From contig OZ336900.1 of the NCBI GenBank assembly GCA_965287045.1, positions 12,772,001-12,836,000 of the forward strand: 64,000 nucleotides of DNA, in the 5' to 3' direction. A model generated the notes under the pieces. The model ran no database searches, was not told the origin of the DNA, and saw nothing but the letters and a program-made list of their open reading frames with translations. Source of the stretch: Carcharhinus amblyrhynchos. Its lineage: Eukaryota. Each line of letters begins with the position of its first letter. Position 1 is the stretch's first letter. The position numbers were made by a program, and so were the translations under genes. This document shows, in pieces, positions 26,607 to 38,020 of this stretch.

Positions 26607-27509
26607 TCAAAATGGAGAAGTTTATTGCACATGCATCTAGGGCCCTCTTGGACACTGAACAGAGGTATTCCCAAATCAAAAAAGAGGGGTTGGAAGTTGT
26701 CTTTGGCATTAAAAAATTCCACCAGTACATCTACAGTAGACACTTCATCATAGTGATTGATCATAAGCCATTACTGGGAAATTCTGAAACTCAGCCAAAC
26801 ATTCATAATGAGTTCAGTTGTAATAACACACCTTGGGAAGTGTTAACAATAGAGCCTATTAAAACTGCAGGAACAGATGGTGATGGTATTTTGTTTTCAA
26901 AGGTACACCAGATGGCCTGTCAATCAATCTACTCCAGAAACATGTATTTGTTTTATAAACTGACAGCTGCAGCTTCTGTGCTTTGCGTTGAACTGGCTAT
27001 GGTTTTAAATAACTTTGATCATGAGACTTAACAGACGTCCATCCACCAAGACCGTTTGTTTCCTCCATCAATTCAGGACTCTCACACTACAAGGCATGGC
27101 CCTTACAATCACCAAAGTAGGATCTGTTTGAACTCAGCAGAAATTTCAAATGACCCTGTTTTGTGTGAGTTTCATGTGATTTATACCTCACCTCTTCCTT
27201 CCACAAACAAAACTGCTGAAAATGGCATTGGGAGCTTTGCGTCTGGGTTGGGTCCTCTATTTTTAAAGTCCTCCAGAGTCAGCCCAACTACGCAGCAATC
27301 CAGTCTTTGTTATCCTGTTAGTTGATGTATTCCAAAAAAACTGCGGAATACGTACGTGGCCAGAAAAAAGGATAAACCATAAAAACCCCTGCAACTGAAG
27401 GAAGAGAATGCTACTTCTGAATAACTTGAACACTGTTACATTAAAGTAAGTAATGCAGAAAAAGAAACAACCAGTGTGCATCTATCATTACTTAATCACC
27501 ACACATTAT

Positions 27510-27760
27510 CACTGCCTTAAAGGTCGCAAAGTGTTTCACAATGAATTACTTGGAACTGCAGTGACATGGTTATGTTGGCTAACATGGAAGTGACGAGATG
27601 ACTGACTAGTTAATTCCTCTTTTTGGTGACAGTGATTGATGGCACTCGGATAAGCCACAGAGAATTACTGTTCTTCTTTGAGCAGTGTCATTGGATTTTT
27701 AACATCCACTTGACTACCACTACATTAGAGAACGTGCTTTATGTTACATCACTCTATTGC
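27510..27760 (-). mobile_element. Decayed Deu-domain SINE
   Basis: caaagtgtttcaca...ctgttcttctttgagcagtgtcattggatttttaacatccacttga; matches 29876-30200. Confidence 0.5.
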
Positions 27761-28136
27761 TATAATGGGAAACACCATTTGCTAAGCTGCTAATAGATAA
27801 CTGGTCGCATTGTAAAAGTATGACCTGATTGAATTTTCAGACTTTCAATTTATTTGCAGGTTTAGTAATCCCACAGAAAGAACAAATTCCTTCAAAATAA
27901 TTGTTCCCCAGAAGTTCGACAGTACAACTTTTACTGGCTTGACCTATGCTGTGATCAATGAAGAATGGTGAAAATTCAGGTTCCATAAGAAAGCACAATG
28001 TATGAAAGATTATTAATCATATCAAACTCATTCCTGCCATGAGCAAAAGTCCTGCAAAGTTGCTCCCCTCTTTCTAAAACAGCAACTTGAGCAATATTTT
28101 AGATCTATCCAGCACTGTATTTTGCACCTACCATCA

Positions 28137-28432
28137 TGGCAGTATGGTGGTACAGTGATTAGGGACCTGGGTTCAATTCCCGGTTTGGGTCACTGTCCGT
28201 GTGGGGTTTGCACATTTTCCCCGTGGGTTTCTTTTGGGTGCTCTGGTTTCCTCACAGTCCAAAGATGTGCAGGTTGGGTTGATTGGACATGCTAAGTTAA
28301 CCCTTAGGTTCCCAGGATGTGATAGGTTAGAGGGATCAGCAGGGTAACTAAGGATAGAGCCTGGATGGGATTGGTGTCGGTGCAGACTCGATGGGCCAAA
28401 TGGCTTCCTTCTGCACTGTAGGGACTCTGTGA
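28137..28432 (+). mobile_element. HE1-type V-SINE
   Basis: ggcagtatggtggtacagtg, ggttcaattcc, V-domain, tail gatgggccaaatggcttccttctgcactgtaggg. Confidence 0.9.
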
Positions 28433-28611
28433 TATCTCTGACTACAAGGCATGACAGTTCAGCAGCTTTCATGTCACATGGTGTTGCAATGCTGTGGTTT
28501 TGATGAGACCGAGTAATCAGTATGGTAGGGGATCCATACAAGAATTAGATATGTATGGCTTGCACACATTAAAGCTACTTTTACAACTCAAATAAACATA
28601 TATATTTTAAA

Positions 28612-29555
28612 ATTCACTTCTAAAGATGTGGCTGTTGTCGTTGGCTTGGCCAGCAATTATTGCCTGTGCCTAGTTGCCCTTCAGAGGGTGATGGTGAACC
28701 ACTGCAATCTCTCAAGTGTAAGTACAGCCACAGTGCTGTTAGAGAGGGATGGATTTTGGCACAGCGACAGTGAAGGAACAGCAATATATTTCCAAGTCAG
28801 GATGGTGAATGACTTGGAGGGGAGCCTCTAGGGTGGTGTGATCCTGGCTATCTGCTGCTCTTGTCCTTCTAGATAGTAGTGGTTGTAGGTTTGGAAGTCG
28901 CTGCCTAAGGAACTTTGGTGAGTTTATGAGCGCTCCTTGTATATAGCACGCACTGCTGCCACTGTCTATTAGTGGTGGAATGTTTGTGGAAGAGGTAGCC
29001 ATCAAGTAGGCTGATTTTTCCTGGATGATGTCAAGCTTCTTCAGTGTTATTGAAGCTGTATTCATCTAACTAAGTGGAGTGTTAGTTAGTCATTCCTGAC
29101 TTCTGTCTTGTAGATAGTGGACAGGTTTTGGGGGGGCTCAAGAGTAGCCACAGTATTTACATGGCTGTACCAATTCAGATTCTGGTCAATGCTAATCTCC
29201 AGGATGTTGATTGTGGGCACTCAGTGATACTAATGCCATTGAATGTCAAGGGGCGATGGTCAAAACCTCTTTTGTTGGAGGTGGTCATTGCCAGGCACTT
29301 GTGTGGTGCGAATGTTACTTGCCATTTGTCAACCTAAGTCTGGATATTGTCCAGGTCTTGCTGTATTCGGACATGAACTGCTTCAGTATCTGAGGAATGA
29401 TCAATGCTGAACACTACAGTCATCTGTGAACATTTCTACTTCTGACCTTGTGATAGAAGGAAGGTCATTGATGAAGATGGTTGGGGCATAGAACACTTCC
29501 CTGAGGAAACCCTGCAATGAGGTCCTGGAACTGAGATGATTAATCTCCAACAATA
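28612..29555 (-). mobile_element. CR1-group LINE (family of 22017/46940), internally deleted RT and 3' end
   Basis: Minus ORFs FINDLPSITRSEVEMFTDD and TLKKLDIIQEKSA; reverse 3' end ggccagcaattattgcctgtgcctagttgccctt. Confidence 0.85.
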
Positions 29556-29875
29556 TGAAAGACTTACTCCATAATTTGGAAGTACTGAGGGAAATTAAGA
29601 TATCTCCCACAGATTGCATCCATCAACTTGTTTTGCACTGGTCATAGCTTAACTACAGCTCACACAAAACCTACCTTTTATTGGGCTAACCTTGCAATGT
29701 CAGTACAGGACACCGCTTATTTTTGACTGAATGAAAAGAGCAGATTGTCTAATCAGACTGTTTTGCCAACTTTTTAATCATTGAAAATTACTAGTGAAGC
29801 AAAAGAATACTATATTGCATAGATGCACTGCTTAAGAACACACAATTTGTAAGGCTTTGTGAAGGGTTTTTTTTT

Positions 29876-30200
29876 AAAGAAACACTTGCATTTATGTAAG
29901 GCGTTTCATAACCTCTGGATGTTTCAAAGCATTTTACAGCCAATGAAGTACACGTTTTTGAAATGTCATCACTGTTGTCATGTTTAGGAGATGAGGCAAG
30001 CAATTTGGACACAGCAAGGTCCCATAAAGAGCAACAATGATAATGACCAGATTATTTGTTTTTAGTGATTTTGACTGAGGGATAAATATTGTCCAGCACA
30101 AGAGAGATAACTGCTCTTCTTTGCAATTGTGCCATGGGATCTTTTACATCCATGTGAGAGGGCTAATGGGGCCCTGAATAATTGTCTCATCTGAAAGATG
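29876..30200 (-). mobile_element. Deu-domain SINE (SacSINE1-like), best copy in the window
   Basis: cttgcatttatgtaaggcg tail; ctgctcttcttt..gtgccatgggatcttttacatcca..gagagggc..ggggccc...gtctcatctgaaagatg. Confidence 0.75.
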
Positions 30201-30342
30201 TAAAATACAGTAAAACATTTACAGAAACCACAACAGGGGATGATGCGTTCTTTCAGTGTGTTTGGAACACTAGACTTTATAAGTAGATATGTTTTAAACT
30301 GTCTCCTTTCATTTAAAGTAAAAGTAGTTTTAGCTTTTTTTG

Positions 30343-30620
30343 GGGAGGGGATCGTGACTGCTGATGAAATCTTTCTGGCAGATAGCCTGGTTGCTAGGAG
30401 ACAGGGGCTTATGTCAAAACTTATTGACAATAAGATGGCAGTCTTAACACTTGCATATATAAAGAGGAGGCAACTGGTCTTTTGGTGTTCAAACTCTCAG
30501 AGTCCATCAGGCAGAGATTTGACGAAGATGGCCCCCAAGAAATGCTGCTATCCCAAGTGTTATGATCTCTGTAGAGACAGCTAACATTTAAAGAGGAGTT
30601 CAAACATCCAGCAATCATAT
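30343..30620 (+). mobile_element. Possible LTR fragment
   Basis: Purine tract gggagggga followed by LTR-like sequence with tatataaagagg. No paired LTR seen. Confidence 0.3.
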
Positions 30621-31388
30621 GAAAGAAATTACATCACAAGATTTCATGTTTACACATGAAAACATTATTCTACATATGAACAAAAAATAAGGAAAGCAAT
30701 CAATTTAGCACTATAGTCTATAACTACATATTATAAGAATCCAGTTTTACATTTACTTCTCCCCAAGGGTTGTTTTAATGTATGAAATCTTGAAGGTTAA
30801 TTTACTTTTCCTGGAACCAAAGGTATGCCACAGTCCTGCAAAATTAATTCTGATTTCTCTTCAGTGTTCCAGCTAATGTCCAAAGTATGAAACGTCATGG
30901 GAATTCTAAGCTACTCTCCAATTTTCTTTCAAAATCAAAGACTGTGAGCTTCTCAGTTCAAACTTAAGCTTCATTACATTCTTTAATCTGATGGCTTGTT
31001 TTCACTACGGGTCTCACTGTAGTTTTCTTCCTGCAGCTTCAAGCTAGGGTCTCCTTTCCTCTCAAACTCTAAGTGAGCTGTGATCTACATAAGACTAAAA
31101 CTACAACTGCCTTCTGTGAAACATCCAGATAAATTAAACAAAAGAATCCTGATAGCCCATCTCCATGATAAGGTGGCATACTTGCGATGTTCCAAAACCA
31201 TATAAATTAACTAATTCTACCTTCAACATAACTCTTTGATTTGACTCATAAGTAATATACATTTCCAATGAAGTTTTATGGCCCTCTCACCCAGAGTTGC
31301 TAGCATTCCACTTCATTCATCTGGGAACTACATAAATAATTTAAATGGTTTAGTGAAGTAAGGGTAGGCCTTCTGGTTCCATTAAGAA

Positions 31389-31498
31389 TGATGTAGAGAT
31401 GCCAGCGTTGGGCTGGGGTAAACACAGTAAGAAGTCTTACAACACCAGGTTTAAGTCCGAATGGTTAGACTTAAACCTGGTATTGTGAGACTTTGTAC
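31389..31498. mobile_element. Penelope-derived palindromic mini-element with 11-bp TSD
   Basis: aagtcttacaacaccaggtttaagtc / gacttaaacctggtattgtgagactt. Flanked by tccattaagaa at 31378-31388 and 31499-31509. Confidence 0.75.
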
Positions 31499-33431
31499 TC
31501 CATTAAGAACCTCAGGACTAATCATCCATTGTTTAAGTTCTACTTCTGTTCTTGTAAGATAAAAACATAGGTTAGCTTTTAACTGTAATTAACTCAAGTT
31601 GATTTGAATTGTATTTACCTCAGGGGTTGTGTACCCATTTCTCAATCAGTGTTTCCACTTATCTTACATTTAACACTTTAATTCCTAAAACTAAGTTATA
31701 TTCTAAAACATACGAATTATGTACTTGATGTCCCAACACACAGGGAAAAAAAGGATTGTTTCAGTTAACCACCAAGCAGAGTGCTGGTGAGCGTGGATCC
31801 CTTGTTCAAAGAAATGAAGCTTGTGAAGAGTGAAAAAATAAAGCCACAGGGTACCTTTCTATTAGAAGTCCAATCGAATATGCTCAGAATATTGAGTAAA
31901 GAGGATTTGTTTAATCGAAAGATTTCCCTTGGTGGGACAGAGATAAGAAATCCTATTAAAGCCTGGATGGAAGAGGAGATTAGGACTTCAAACATAAGAG
32001 TGCAGTGCAATGTCAAAATGTGGCATGGCATTTTTGGTTGTATTTGGAAGTTAATGGGGAATGACATTCAGTGTATTAGTTGCCGACTAAGCAATGTTTA
32101 GTCAATGTTGATTTTGGTGTGTTATAGAAAAAATTTAAAACCAAAATCTTGTCACATGATTCCTTCTTTTGGTCACTGAGAAAGACTTTTTCAAGTTATC
32201 TGTTGAGCATTTATGAATTTTAGAATATATCATTCAGGGCAAGCAGATTGTAAACAGAAATGGATTTTATGTTTCAGAGTAACAATTTGAGTATATGTGC
32301 TATATATCGCCTTCAAATGAGCCAGGCATCTATTCACAATCACACATTACCATACAGCCTTCTGATTGTTTAAGATATAATCCTATCATGACATCACTCT
32401 GGTGACTCTGGGCACTACTACTGTAACTGTCTGCGCACAAAGATATTAAAATGTATGAAATGGGAGAAACCCACTCAGATTCCACATTCCTTGCAGCAGA
32501 TCATAAAAGATTTATACTTTATTGGATTCAGTGTGAGATGAAAAAGCTCCAACTAGTAAAACTTTGATGTTCCTTCCTGCATTCCTCACCCACTCTTCCC
32601 TAAACCAAATAAAAGGTAATGTCACACTAATCTGACAGATCGATGTAAAATTATAAACGATCTATATTATTCAGTTCTAATTGGCACTTCCGCAGTCATA
32701 GAAGAAGCAAACTATTTTATATTGAAGGTTTTGTGATTTATTAGTAGGTAGCACCTCTGCCTCTGAGTCCAAGCTACAGGTTTAGTCACACTCCTGGACT
32801 TGTTCAACCAGGCTGATAATCAACTTGTTAATCCTGCCAACATTTCGCCACTATTCCCCAAAGGGAAATAAAAATAAGCCAAGATATAAAACAAACTATA
32901 TTTCTATCATTTTAAAGAAATGAAAGGAATGAATTTATACACCGATGTTATAATGCCTTTAGTGTGCTTTGGACATTAAAGCACAAATACACTCTTATTT
33001 AAGATTTTGCAACCCTGTATTTCTGTCTTTTGGTTTGACAATTATTTATAAATTAGCAGTATTTATATTATCCATATCTTGCTGTATTCTAAAACCTGGA
33101 TCACGTTTCTTCAAGTCCTTTTCTCTTACAGTATATTTTAACAGCTATTTTCACTTATTTAAAATAACTGTTCAAGGTCAGATTTAAAATATGTCATTTT
33201 ATGACAAGAAACACAACCTTATCTGGAATTAGCCATGGCAATCTGATCTGTCATTTTTCATAATGAGAGCATTCAAATGAGAGGGAGATGATTATCTTTC
33301 CATATAAACCTACATAAATTCAAAATGAAAACTTTCTTTAAGTATTACATACAACAGAAGAGAAGACTGTGTTGAAGCAAATGCTTTACAACTCCCCATA
33401 AGTTACTAATTTCCCCTGCCAGATTATTATA

Positions 33432-34069
33432 CACTTCAAGTATCCTTTATCCGAAACCCCTGGGGCTGATTGCATTTGGATTTCAGGTAATTTTGGTTTT
33501 CAGATACCACAAATAGTTTAAAGTTTATTTATTAATGTCACATGTAGGCTTACATTAACACTGCAATGAAGTTACTATGAAAATCCCCTAGTCGCCACAC
33601 TCTGGCACCTGTTCGGTTACACCGAGGGAGAATTTAGCACGCCAAAGCACCTAACCAGCATGTCTTTCGGACTGCAGGAAGAAACCGGAGCACCCAGGGG
33701 AAACCTACGTGGACACGAGGAGAATGTGCAGACTGCACACAGACTGATCCAAACCGGAAATCGAACCCAGGTCCCTGGCGCTGTGAGGCAGCAGTGCTAA
33801 CCACTGTGTCACCCATAGACCTAGGCCTACTTACATTCCAATGACCTAAACCTAGTGGCCAGCTATGGTCTAAAATAAATAACATGGCTAGAAAAGCAAG
33901 ATGTACCACTGAACAATAAAGGTCCGATGCAGTTGATGATGTTCATGTCAGCTCTGGTCATGTCAGCCTGGGTTACTTCCTGTGCTAAATGGTGATGCGG
34001 TTAAAAAAAAAAGTGTGGCTTTTGGATGTGTTTGGTTTTTGGATTTGTGGATAAAGGTTACTCAAGCTA
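33432..34069. mobile_element. Tigger/pogo-type MITE (MER46/Tigger4-like ends) containing a SINE
   Basis: TA-cacttcaagtatcctttatcc ... ggataaaggttactcaagcta-TA; subterminal ttggat repeats. Confidence 0.7.
33520..33814 (-). mobile_element. V-SINE with alternative tail
   Basis: Same structure as 23553-23841. Confidence 0.9.
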
Positions 34070-34544
34070 TATTTACCAAATAACATTACGATATACAATT
34101 AAAAGTTTTCTCCTTTGTGGGTGCTTCTTGTGAAGCAGGAATAATTTATTTTGGAGAAAATTATTTTAAGTTTTGACACTTTAATTTAATTTGTGTATTT
34201 GAGAATGAACCACAGGCTAATGCTACAGATGCATGAAGCAAAATTTCAGTTTTCAGTTGAATTGGGAGTTGAATTAGGACTAGGTTATAGTAGGGTCAGT
34301 ATATTTACAGCTGTCCCCCAGGGACAGGACCTATCCAGGGATAGTGGTGGAGGGATCTAGGATGTTGGTATGATTCTTTGAGCACATCAGGCTGTTGCTG
34401 GACTAGTGTGTGGAACAGCTTTCCAAATCTTGGTGCAAGTTCCCAGACGCTAGTGAGGATGTTTTTGCTGGGCCCTTGACGTACTTGGAGCCTGGCATGA
34501 TGCCAAGTGTTCTTTCCCATTTAGCATTTTTTTCCCAGGTCAAT

Positions 34545-34790
34545 TAAAAGTCAACCATTGCTATGGATCTGGAATCACATAAGACCATATTGCATAAGGA
34601 TGGCAGTTTTCTTTCCCTAGTGATCCAGATAGGTTTTTTTGACAATCTGCTAGATTCATGGTCTCCATCCTACCTTTTTATTCTAGATTTATTCAATTAG
34701 TTCAGTTTAAATTCCCTAGCTGGAATGGTGAGATTTGGACTCATGTTGCTGGATCATTAGTTCAGGCCTCTGCACTATGATTAAAATAAC
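34545..34790 (-). mobile_element. Decayed tRNA-headed SINE (7741 family)
   Basis: agtcaaccattgctatggatctggaatcacat..ttccctag...ccagat..tttttgacaatc. Confidence 0.6.
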
Positions 34791-36009
34791 ATGACATGTT
34801 ACCAATAAATAATTTTGTTCATATAATGAATGACAGTATAGTTATGGATTCAGGGACTAGAGAGATATGTTGAAGAGTTCCATTCTAATACCTTTCTTCC
34901 AGATCCTTGTCCTGACACTTGATTCCTTTGAACAATTGATGTAGTGTGTTTTATCCAGTATAAATTCCACACAAGTCCTCTTGGAAATTAAGATGGTTGA
35001 ACAGTTGCAACAGAAACATGATGCTGAGGTGAGGAATTTGGATACACGCATATAGGCCCCATTCTCCTGATTTGGGGCTAAGCGCCCATGCCAGCAGGAA
35101 GGCCAGAGGGTGGATGTGGCCAGATTGAGCAGCTGCAAAGCTGTGACAGAAGGGTGAGAGCCTTAATGAGGCCTTGAGTGATTGACTCAACAAGCAATTC
35201 ATCGATGTTACATGGGTTGACTGGCAGAACACTGATTCATCTGACACTTGTTGACGTGCTCATTCACTTAACTCTCCTCAACTGACCCTCTTAACCAGTT
35301 CCACAGCTGTGACTGAGAGGCATTGAGAGGATTTGTACAAGCGCCACAGTCAGTCTTTAAAGGCAAGATCCCAAATACACCTGACAACCCCACTGTGTAG
35401 GAGCAGTTCATGGGGGTGTGCCAACAAGTCAGGGTCACTAAGTGAAACATGCCCAGTGTACCTATTGATTCCTTTGAGATTAATGCAGACTCACAGATGG
35501 ACTAGGCACATGACATTATCACTGGAGGAGCAGACATCACAAGTGAGACATGCAATTGACACGAAGCTACATAATTACAGGTCAGTTGCCTGAGAGCAGC
35601 ATTCAACTCTTCCCCCACAGCAAGAGGGCATGTCCTGGGGTTGTGGCGTGGGGATAAGGAACCTCCAAGGTCCCTCTAACTACCAACATGGACACCACCA
35701 CCCACAGGTGCTTAGTGAGGCCTCCCCCACACCCCAGTATAACTTTCAAGTGGCAACTTATCTCCTTGGTCCTTTCGGTGCTCAGTCTGCCAGGTTCCTG
35801 CTTTTCAAGACCTGTGCCAATTCACGCCCATGTTATTTCCGGCTGGAGGGACGGGAGCACCTCAAGTGGCCGTTGAACTGGCCTCCAAGTTCACTAATGA
35901 GATCCTAAGGAAGTTATTTGAACATTAATATGTTTCCTGTAAGCTCCATCCGGGAACACAATTGGGGCCGGCCATGTATCTGGAAGGGTTGCAACAAGGT
36001 TACAGCTTA

Positions 36010-36301
36010 AAGTTTATTTATTATTATCACAAGTAGCCTTACATTAACACGACAATGAAATGACAGAAAATTCCCGACTCGCCACACTCTCGTGCCTGTT
36101 CGGGTACAGTGAGGGAGAATTTAGCATAGCCAATGCACCTAACCTGCACATCTTTTGGACCATGGGAGGAAACCAGTGCACCCGGAGGAAACCCACGCAG
36201 ATATGGGGTGAACATGCAGACCCCACACATTCAATGATCAAAGCCGGAATCAACCGGGTTCCTGGTGCTGTGAGGCAACAGTGCTATCCACTGTGCCACC
36301 C
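36010..36301 (-). mobile_element. V-SINE with alternative tail
   Basis: aagtttatttattattatcacaagtag ... gtgaggcaacagtgctatccactgtgccacc. Confidence 0.9.
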
Positions 36302-36924
36302 GTTTTGCACCCGGTGCAAAACTCATTTTTCAACCAACTCCTGATTCTCCAAGTCATCGTCGTACACACTGTGCCAGGAGAATCCGTGCACAGTTGGCAA
36401 TTTTGCTTTCAAAATGGAAACCATTATCAAATATCCCAACAGAGCATTAAAGTCAATGTGAAAGAAGCAAAGCTCTGCCATACCTCAACAGGAATATTCT
36501 GTATGATGTTAGAATGGATAGAATAACATGCTTTAAATTGACAAGATTGAACTGTTTTCTTCTTGGTGTCAGGGAAGAAAAACAATAGACACATTTATCA
36601 AGAGATAGTTTAGTTCTGCGGGGAGGTAAATAGCTAGCCGTCATTTGTGGTGCTACACCCTGATCAAAAAGTAATCAGTGCCAGTTTGTTTGGAAGGTTC
36701 GGTGTTTTGTTCAAGTTCAAGACAAGCAAAAGTGCCATTTCACATTACTCTAGGAATAATTTAATTTGTAGACACATGTCGGTAGTAAATGACACAGCTA
36801 ATAGCCAGGAGACTGCAACTAACACCTGACCCACTTGAGTAAGTTGACACAATGAACTTAAAAGAAAAATAAATAGGTTTCCTTCTCTCAACCACAGGAT
36901 ATCCTCTTGCACATTATAACCCAA

Positions 36925-37050
36925 ATGAAGGACTTTTGAAGTATACTTGCTGTTTATAATGTGGGAAGAATGTCAGCCAATTGGCACACAGCAAATGCCC
37001 CAAAAACAAACAAACAGTCTGTTTTTGGGATGTTTCAGGGATAAATACCT
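36925..37050 (-). mobile_element. Deu-domain SINE fragment
   Basis: aatgaaggacttttgaagt..cagccaattggcacacagcaa..cagggataaata. Confidence 0.5.
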
Positions 37051-37194
37051 GAAAACTATCCTGCTCTGAAGATGATATGGATTGGTTCATATGGCACGAA
37101 TGTCTGATAGTCAAATGAGAATAAGCTAATCTTTTAATGAGTACTGATAGCAAGGAAGCAATTTTATAGTGGAGAGCAAAAAAAATAAAAACAA

Positions 37195-38020
37195 AAACAA
37201 AAATAAAAACAGAGTGCTGGAAAAACCCAGCAGGTCTAGCAGCATTGGTAGGGAACATTTAAGTCCATGTGACTCATACTCAGAACTAATGAGAGGGGAA
37301 GTGTGTTGAATTATATACCATATAAGAGGGGGTGGAATGGAGTAGAAGTCAGCAATTAGTGGGAGCTGAGAAAGATTGCAACTAAAATGTAGCAGGACTT
37401 AAGAACAACTAACAGATGGCATGCAACAGAAAGCTTGGGGTAATGCATGTGGGTCACTGGGTGATTGCTTTGCAGAATACCTTTGCTTAGCTGGCAAGCG
37501 TGACCCCGACCTCCCTGTGCTTGCTATTTCTCCTCAGCATTTTGTGTTCATGCTGACCTGTCCGTCCTTCAACTGCTGCAAAGCTCCACTGAAGCCAACA
37601 CAAACCAGAGGAGCACACCTCATCTTTTAATTAGGCACATTACAACTCTCAGGACTCAACATTAAGTTCCACAATTTCAAACTGTGACCTTTCTCCTCCA
37701 TCTTTATTTTTTTGGATATCCCAAACATCTTTAGCTTTTCCAAAAACCTTCTCTCTTCCTCTCTTACCAAGCCATCTGTCACTTGTTATTCGGTTTTGTT
37801 ACATCTTTATTGCAATCTTACCCAGCTCCCACTAATCTTCTGCACTCTGTCTTATACAGTATACAATCCAACATATTTTCCTCACATTAGTTCTGAAGAG
37901 AAAAACAACTCAAAATGTTGACTGTTTTCTCTCCCTCCAGATGCTGCCAAACCTGCTCAGATTTTCCAGTATTTTCTATTGTTGTTTTGGGCGCCAGCGT
38001 CTGCAATATTTTGCCTTTCT
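37195..38020 (+). mobile_element. Penelope-like element: GIY-YIG endonuclease C-terminal remnant between inverted terminal repeats
   Basis: LGDCFAEYL....RDPDLPV, then HLIF*LGTLQLSGLNIKF. Left tgctggaaaaacccagcaggtctagcagcat is the reverse of right atgctgccaaacctgctcagattttccagta. Confidence 0.8.

Larger units (their letters stand above)
23136..26780 (+). mobile_element. Decayed Gypsy (Mag-like) LTR retrotransposon: LTR, gag, protease, RT, partial RNase H
   Basis: LTR-like 23136-23368. gag MPLIGKLEAYD..EKWAQY from 23389. Protease VNGHTFK..GAAISVV near 24530. RT LDMSHTYLQLELD, YLDNIL, FLGLVNYYGKFMP. RNase H IAHASR...RYSQIKKEGL..FGIKKFHQY...DHKPLLG. Confidence 0.9.

Noticed and set aside
34860-35990. 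GC-richer block, possibly a decayed DNA transposon or DIRS element
   Set aside because: No diagnostic motif or termini identified.
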